A stretch of DNA of 20,000 nucleotides from Proteromonas lacertae (Eukaryota), in NCBI GenBank assembly GCA_002245135.1, contig NGBS01000314.1:120137-140136 (forward strand), given 5' to 3'. The position numbers and the translations under genes were made by a program. The notes under the pieces are model-generated. The model was not told where the DNA came from. It was given only the letters and a program-made list of their open reading frames with translations, and ran no database searches. Positions 10,049 through 17,351 of the stretch are shown one piece after another. Positions within the stretch are counted from its first letter, which is position 1. Each line of letters begins with the position of its first letter.

Positions 10049-10655
10049 TGTTGTTCCCCGTATGGCGGAAATCTATATTGCAGAATGATTCAATCAAAAC
10101 TAATATGATATTCATGATGTTCGGAGTTAGTTATTAACAAATATATAGTTAGTTTGTCATATGACCTACATCTGTGATATACTTTTTTATGAACTTCATT
10201 ATTATCAATATTAAACTAATTAATTATTTTATTTTTTATATTTTAATGTATCAGTGACTACTACAGTCTAAAATACATTATTTGATATGAATAGAATTCA
10301 CTATTTGTAATGTTAAGGCGGTTAAAAAAGAAAAAAGAAAAAATAAGTTCAAGCCTCACTCAAGTCAGCTTTTTAATTTCTTTTTTAAATAAGTTGTTAT
10401 TTAAATTATTGTAATTTATTCATATCAAATAATGTATTTTAGGCTGTAGTAGTCACTGATACATTAAAATATAAAAAATAAAAAAATTAGTTTATTATTG
10501 ATAATAATGAAGTTCATAAATAAGTATATCACAGATGTAGGTCATATGACAAACTAACTATATATTTGTTAATAACTCTTTATAACTAAGATAAAAATGA
10601 TATTAGTTTGTTTTAAAAGTTATTGTATGATAAGAGGGCTCAACGGCGCACAACA
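10049..10655. mobile_element. Non-autonomous inverted-repeat element A (MITE-like, TGT...ACA)
   Basis: Terminus TGTTGTTCCCCGT (10049-10061) pairs with the reverse complement of 10643-10655, TGTTGTGCGCCGT (11/13). Near-identical ~165-bp inverted arms lie at 10129-10293 and 10417-10577. No matching TSD (CTATT left, GGTGT right). Confidence 0.75.
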
Positions 10656-10660
10656 GGTGT

Positions 10661-11286
10661 TGTCGCGCGCGATAAAGAAATTTGCGCGATAAAGGAAATA
10701 ATAAGTTTCCATTAAAGTGAATATGTTAATACTTATTTGGAAGGCCGAGTAAATATAAATATAACATTATTTTGTCTAATAAATTACATATGTTGAAATT
10801 GTCATCAAGTTTTCAATAAGATTTATATCATCTATTATTAATCTTTGTAATTATTTTATTATTTAAATCGCTAGAATATATTAATATATATGTCTTATTA
10901 ACATATTGATATATATATAGTACCCTTTAAAAAAATATTAAAGAAAAAAGAAAATATGCTCAAGCCTTCTTCAAGCCAATATTTTATTTTTTATTTCAAA
11001 CCATCGTAACATCGATTTTGTTTAATCTTTTCATCAAAGAACTGTTTATTTCAATTTCTTCCAGTGATATATGCAATAAAAATAATGTTAAATGATAGAA
11101 ATAATTAAGATGAATATGAAGTGAATATTTATGAATAATTGAACATAACTATTGTATATGACTGTTATAAGACAAAATGATTATATATTCATGCATAGCG
11201 TAATGACATTAACAATAATATTATATTAGATCTAAATATAAACAATTACTTCCTTTATCGTGCAAATTTCTTTATCGCGCGCGACA
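10661..11286. mobile_element. Non-autonomous DNA transposon B (MITE) with 42-bp TIRs and 5-bp TSD, Ginger/TDD-like ends
   Basis: TIR TGTCGCGCGCGATAAAGAAATTTGCGCGATAAAGGAAATAAT at 10661-10702 and its inverse at 11245-11286 (2 mismatches). GGTGT is duplicated at 10656-10660 and 11287-11291. No ORF inside. Confidence 0.9.
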
Positions 11287-11415
11287 GGTGTTATTTATGC
11301 ACTTTTACTATGTCATTTTAATTATTCACATAAGTGGTTTAAAAAGTATAATAAAGTGTTTAGTTATTGTAGTATATGTAATTATGTAATTAAGTATTAA
11401 TAGAAATATATATGT

Positions 11416-12477
11416 ATGTTAAAGAAATTAATTTTTATTTTACTTATTTGTGTTACTTTATACATTTGTAATACTTTGAAAAATAAGGAAGATAATTGCA
11501 TAGATATAGGTTTATGTTTTAGGAATTTAACTATTCATAAACAATCAGCAAAACCATATATGTGTAATGATACATCATCTTTATACATACCTTTTCATAT
11601 AAATAGGAAATGGAGTAATCAACCTAACATTATAGTTGTAACAATCTATTTGTATCCTTCACATACACAATATTATTCATATATTAATTTCGTTAGAAGT
11701 TTTACTTTAAGTAACAAAGGAAGAATACTCTTACTCATTTCCTTTCGCATATCGTTATATAGATATTTATGTAATACTATGAATATTACGAGAATAACTA
11801 ATACAAAAAGAATATATAAATATTTAACAAATTTAGATTACGGATATTCATTATTCAAATACAAGACACATAGTTCTTACTGTTATTTAATATACACAAA
11901 TATGGAACAGAAATACTTTGATAATGATTTTCTTAATCATAGATATTACACAATTAAAAATAAAAACTATTCTTTTAGCGGGTATTATGCAGCATCAACT
12001 AATTTATACTCTATATTGCCAAATATTTTGAATATATTCGATTATTATGATTATTTTTTTAAATATGATTTTGATAAATCTGGAAAAATAAACATATGGG
12101 ATTTTGCTTTTACAAATAATAAAATAAGAAAATGGTTTCTTTTTGGTACATGTTTCTTGTTAGATTCTTATTATGTATGTAATGATGTGAAAAAAATGTT
12201 ATTAGAATATGTAAGATTAAAAAACTGTAATAGAAATATAGTTAATTTAATTAATATATCAAATGAGTGTATTAATCTTCCAGGATGGTTTACAGGAATG
12301 TGGTTAGGATTATACTCATCTGTAGAAGTGAGGGATTTTAGTAATTATTATATATTACATAAGAAGAGTATGAAACAAAATAGATGGGGAGATCAACAAT
12401 TTTTTACAAATGCATTGATGTTGTTTGGTAGTAAAGAAAAGTTATATTACAATTTAACATATGATTGTGTAATATAA
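11416..12477 (+). CDS. Glycosyltransferase family 15-like (KRE2/MNT1 alpha-1,2-mannosyltransferase-like) type II membrane protein
   Basis: N-terminal signal-anchor. YDYFFKYDFD resembles GT15 YDYYWRVEPD, and C-terminal NRWGDQ resembles GT15 ERWGDA. Intronless. Donor sugar cannot be determined from sequence. Confidence 0.7.
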   Translation: MLKKLIFILLICVTLYICNTLKNKEDNCIDIGLCFRNLTIHKQSAKPYMCNDTSSLYIPFHINRKWSNQPNIIVVTIYLYPSHTQYYSYINFVRSFTLSNKGRILLLISFRISLYRYLCNTMNITRITNTKRIYKYLTNLDYGYSLFKYKTHSSYCYLIYTNMEQKYFDNDFLNHRYYTIKNKNYSFSGYYAASTNLYSILPNILNIFDYYDYFFKYDFDKSGKINIWDFAFTNNKIRKWFLFGTCFLLDSYYVCNDVKKMLLEYVRLKNCNRNIVNLINISNECINLPGWFTGMWLGLYSSVEVRDFSNYYILHKKSMKQNRWGDQQFFTNALMLFGSKEKLYYNLTYDCVI

Positions 12478-12841
12478 TACTATCATGTTCAATCTATACA
12501 TCACATACTCAAAGGATATATTGCAAGCTTTATTTATGGAATAGTATTTCTCTTCCATAATTGTAAGCTTATATGGTAAGAAATATGAATAATATTCTTT
12601 AGTATTATTTCTAATATTTCTAGTGTATTTGTGCATTATCAAATTATGTATATCAAATTATGAATACTTTTTCCCCTTTCTTTAATATAAAAACATATTA
12701 AATCTACAATATAAAGATATAACTACTTTTATATTATTTATAGACTCAGATATAATTAGTGATATACAATTCTCAATTATAATACTTGATTTAATAATTT
12801 AATCATTAATATTATAATAAGAATTACTTATTATAACCAAA

Positions 12842-12849
12842 AACAAACA
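12842..12849 (-). promoter_or_regulatory. TGTTTGTT candidate 3'-end processing motif
   Basis: Exact TGTTTGTT on the minus strand 30 nt downstream of the stop at 12880. It matches the GU-rich motif known downstream of Blastocystis poly(A) sites. Single occurrence only. Confidence 0.4.
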
Positions 12850-12879
12850 TTTATAACAATTAAATAACACTATTTAGTT

Positions 12880-13451
12880 TTAGTTATCAGATTTCATTCT
12901 TTCAAGTAATTCAATTTCTTTCTTCAATTCTTCAATTCTTCTATCTGCTTTTTTAATCTTTTCGTCAATGATAGAATCTCTTTTTCTAAATTCCTTACTG
13001 GTAGTGTAATTTATGAATTTATTAATTCTATTACTCATTGAGTCTATCATACTACCTGAATGCATTAATATATCATAATTATTCTCATCTATCATAACAG
13101 TATTACTTCCACTTCTTGTAATTTCTCTATTTCATAAAATGAGTAAATATACGAATTTGATGTCTGATTTTCTGAATTAATACAATCAGTACATATATCA
13201 TTCGATTGATCAAATGTTTGATTCTTGTCAGGTGTTGATAATGGAGTTGTGTTTATTCGTTCAGAAATTTCTTCATCATATTTCTGTGTAATGTCATTTT
13301 CCTATCAAAATTCTATAACAATTTCATTAAATACGGTTAATTTGTTGTTAATTGAGGATGATTCATTATTTGACTTAATTTTTTTATTTATTTTATCTGT
13401 ACTATCATTCTTTGATGTACTATTATCATGACTTTTTCTTTTAGAAGGCAT
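12880..13451 (-). CDS. Hypothetical protein (~170 aa, 3 exons, C-terminal coiled coil)
   Basis: ATG at 13451 (MPSKRKSHD). GT-AG introns 13302-13334 (33 nt) and 13127-13152 (26 nt) give a continuous frame into ORF 12880-13095. Confidence 0.75.
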
Positions 13452-13556
13452 ATGTGAAGAAAACAATAAATGGCGCGAAAATAATTCTAAAAATTATATT
13501 CGTTTCATAATTCTTTAAAAACAAAAAATTCATAAATACAATAAATATTTAGTCTT

Positions 13557-14226
13557 CTAGTCCTTATTTTTTAATTGATTTATAATTGGATTACCTGATG
13601 GGCCTTGAAAAACTGTTCCATTTGATAAAGGTAAATCTAATTTTGGAATAATTCTTCGCTTTTTTAGAATTGGAGTATTTCTATCAACTGAGTCTTTACA
13701 TTTGTCAATGTCTGAATTATCTACTAAACAATTTTGAGTTTTTCTTACTATTTCTCTCTCTTCTTCTAAATTCTTTCTTTTAGATTGATACGAGTGTTTT
13801 TCTCCTGGAATCCATTTTGCATTTGGTTCTAATTCATATGCTTTTTTTATCCATGCCTTATATTCTCTTTCCAACTATTAATCATAAAGAATTCCTAATA
13901 ATACAAATTCAGCTCTTTCTTTGAATTCTTTTATTTTATGTGATGAATAATTTCGATTCACTTCTAATTGTTCTACATTGTACTGTAATTCTTTTTTGAT
14001 TTTCGGTAACCACTTCCTTATATCTCTAGATGTTTTTACAGTATCTCTATATTGTTAAATTATAATGTATTTCTATACAAAGGTGGTCTTTCATAACTTC
14101 TTATTTGATCTTTATCTTTTGCTATTACAAATCTGTAGAATAATTAAGAAAATATTCAAATTAACATAATATATGGGGAAATGATATATTTATCTCACTC
14201 TTCTGTTTTTCAGAATTTCTTGCCAT
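13557..14226 (-). CDS. ISY1-like splicing-factor family protein (~184 aa, 4 exons; short divergent homolog)
   Basis: Exons 14226-14188, 14134-14079, 14046-13905 and 13874-13557 give MARNSEKQKSEINRF...ERPPL...RKWLPKIKKEL...LEREYKAWIKKAYEL. This aligns with the ISY1 N-terminus (MARNAEKAMTALARF...RRP...EKWRRQI...LREKGHWEVRIKEL). Confidence 0.8.
14135..14187 (-). other. U12-type (minor spliceosome) AT-AC intron, 53 nt
   Basis: Donor ATATCATTT, branch-point-like TTTTCTTAAT (14152-14143), acceptor TTCTAC. Phase 0 splicing restores an ungapped match to ISY1 residues 1-15. Both available GT donors joined to the adjacent AG hit TAA within two codons. Confidence 0.82.
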
Positions 14227-14289
14227 TCTGGTGTATGAAAATATTTTCGTTGCATTTCATTCCCCTCATTTTAGATTTTCTTTTGTTTT
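14227..14289. promoter_or_regulatory. 63-bp divergent intergenic region (bidirectional promoter and 5' UTRs)
   Basis: Head-to-head ATGs at 14226 (minus) and 14290 (plus). Confidence 0.6.
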
Positions 14290-14995
14290 ATGTCAATTCA
14301 ATCTGAAGGACTTTATTTTATTGCAGTTCCAGAGGAAGATAAACCTAATGGAGGATATGATGATATTGAAAAATGCATTAGTTCGTCAGTTAACTCATTT
14401 TGTGGTATTTTATGTTTTATTAGGTTTTAGATATTCACCGATTTGAAATTCCGAAATTACCAGTTGGTACCCTTGAAATATTGATGGTATTTTTTATATT
14501 AGTATATTTTGTATGTAGGTTCTTTCAGAAGAACTTATCAAAGTGGATACTCAAGGAAGAGGCGTATTAGATAAAATTAGAAAGGCTTATTATGAATTAG
14601 TCCAAGAAGGTAGTAGAAATTCATTGTTAGTTGCAAATGGAACAATATTAGATTATTTAAAGAGTTTTGTGTGGAATGAGACAAGTTTTTCAAAGACAGA
14701 CAAACTCCAAGAATTGTCTAAAAAGATATCTGATGTATATATTGTTCCATTTATTAATTGAGAATAGAAATTTGTTAATGAAGAAACAGAAATTCGTAAA
14801 ATGAATAACAGATATACAGAAATAAAGAATCAACTTGTAGCATTGAAGCGTAAGAGCGGTACAACGTTATTATCTGCTCCAATATCCTCAATATTAACAA
14901 ACGATGTAATATTGCAAGGAACAGGAGGTATGACTCCATCTGAATTATTCATAAATACTGATTTTATGAAAACTATAGTTATTGTTATATCAAAG

Positions 14996-15027
<32 letters not shown>

Positions 15028-15635
15028 GAACTCAAGAAAAGGAATTCTTAGCATCTTATGAGAAGTTATATTCCATCACCAATAATACAAATGGAACAGT
15101 AATGTATGGAACAATACCAAAATCAGCAAGAAGAATTATTGAAGATAAAGATAGTTATGTTTTATATACTATAGTTATCTTGAAGAAATTTGAAAATGAA
15201 ATTAATGAGATATGTAAAGAACATCATTATCATATTCGTGAGTATGATCTTGCTGAAGAAACAGATAAACCAGAAATAAAAGATGAAGAGAAAATAGCAA
15301 AATTAGAAAATGAAGAGAAGAATATGAAATCGAGTATTACTAGATGGTGTAGACCTCATTTCAGTGATATTTATCAAGCTTGGGTGCATCTAAAAGTGAT
15401 TCGTGTTTATATTGAAGCTATCTTGAGATATGGTTTACCTCCTAAATTCATTTCAGCAATTATTAAAGTAAGACCAAAGATGGAAAAGAGGTTAGAAAAA
15501 TCTTTAATTACAAAGTATGAACATTTAGGAGGTAAAATAAAGGCATATGAAAAAGATAGTAACAGCAGTATTATTGGTGGATCAGATACTACTAATTATC
15601 CATTTGTTTGTATTAATATTGAACGATTAGCTTAA
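14290..15635 (+). CDS. ATP6V1C: V-type proton ATPase subunit C (~406 aa, 5 exons)
   Basis: Exons 14290-14404, 14431-14486, 14519-14734, 14768-14994 and 15029-15635, with GT-AG introns of 26, 32, 33 and 34 nt. Motifs FEIPKLPVGTLE, FVWN, RKSGTTL, AWVHLKVIRVYIEAILRYGLPPKF and YPFV. Confidence 0.95.
14996..15022. repeat. (TA)n microsatellite forming most of V-ATPase C intron 4
   Basis: Direct reading. The intron spans 14995-15028. Confidence 0.9.
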
Positions 15636-15763
15636 TATTGAAAGATGTTGAAATATTATATTTGTTATTATGTTATTGCTTTAATAGTTTTGTTGAATAG
15701 AAATAATTTGATATTCATATATAATATAAATTAAAAAAAATCATCATCATATCTTTTGAATTG

Positions 15764-17311
15764 CTATGATTTATTTCCTTGTTCTCTTAATTTTTGTATT
15801 TTCTCTCGAATTGCAATCATTCTTGGGTCATCTGTTTTAGTTGGAGGGACAATTCCGCTAGAACCGTTGGCTTTATTGCTATTAATTCTTTGAACTTGAG
15901 TATTCAATACTCTTTCATGTAAAGATTCTAATCTTGCTGAAAATGCTGATTTTGGCTCAGACTATTAAATGTATATAAATATGATAAAATACTGGTAGGT
16001 TATATTGAGATTTCAATTGTTTCAATCTTTCTTTCACATCCATAGCAGTGTTTGATTGCAAATAATTATTTGTCAAATTCATTGTTCTTTCTTTAGAAGC
16101 AATTGTATCTAATTCTCTTATAATGTAAGTACTATAAACAGACCCTAACTGTTGAAGGTAAATATCAATATTAATCTGAGGATGTTGTTGTTTAAACTCA
16201 TATAACATAGGAATAGTTGGACAAGAATTAATCTCTTTTCTTGTTAATTTTGCTATTTCTTGTGTTATATTCTGAAGCATTTGCTGTAATCTAGCAATAT
16301 TATCATCTTCATCATCATCTTCATCTTCATTATTGTTATTATTATTATTATTCTGTAATAAACTCATAATCTTTGAATATAATACATCTTGTAATGAAAA
16401 CTTATTAATTTGTGTTTGTAATAAATCATATTGTGATTCTACATAATCTCTAATCAAATCATCCAAAGTTAAATCCATTGAATTCTGATATCTTTTGTAT
16501 AAAAGAGATGAATATATTTTATTTAATGATGGTATAAATATCTCACAATTGATTCTACTGTATGGTTCACTTTGTTTTGCTTCAGCATGTCTTATTTTAT
16601 CCAACATCTTTAATATTACTTGTAACTTCTGTTCAACGTATTTTTCTCTAATACTTGTCAAGTATAATGTTTGACAAATTGCTGCTAATAACAGTGTTGT
16701 ATTTGCTGATTGTAATACACGAATTAATACATGTTGAAATGCTTGTGCTAAATCCTTTAATTGATCATTCTCCTGTAGTGTATCTCCTAATAACCCCTTT
16801 AATGATAATTGTAATAGATTTTCAAGAGATTTTTCACTTATCAATTGTGCAATTCTGGGTTGTTGGAATATTGCCAATAAATCCTGATAATGTAACAGAT
16901 AACATTCGTGAATCTACTTCACTTCCTTTAATATTATCGCCTAATGATAATCTTGCACATTCTATCAATCTGTTACTAATTTATCCCACTTCATGTTTAT
17001 TAACTCATCAATTGAATCACCTTCTAACACTAATTTTACTATAATCTTGCATGAATCAACAGCATCATTGTGATCTCCACGATATAAATCGATAATTTGA
17101 TATGGAAGAACTCCTGTTTCATATCTTATTATTATATTCTCTAATTTTAATATTATTCTATCTATTATTGGCATTTCTTCATCTGATTCAGTTCTTCCTC
17201 TTGTTCTTCTGTGGTAGTGTTCTCTTGAATATAGTGGCGAATCTACATAACTATCACCTAAACTCATTCTCTTAAAGTTAAATACTTACATAACATTAAA
17301 GAACTAAATAG

Positions 17312-17351
<40 letters not shown>

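Noticed and set aside
296..11372. Recurrent TTATTGTA as an integron-like cassette site before each island gene
   Set aside because: Short and AT-rich, so expected by chance. Not consistently placed at acyltransferases 2 and 3, and no integrase is present in the window.
12454..14446. ORFs 12454-12642, 13225-13431 and 14231-14446
   Set aside because: Antisense or out-of-frame overlaps of better-supported genes, or low-complexity intergenic frames.
12880..15764. Polyadenylation-created stop codons as known in Blastocystis
   Set aside because: Every gene modelled here has a genome-encoded stop codon.
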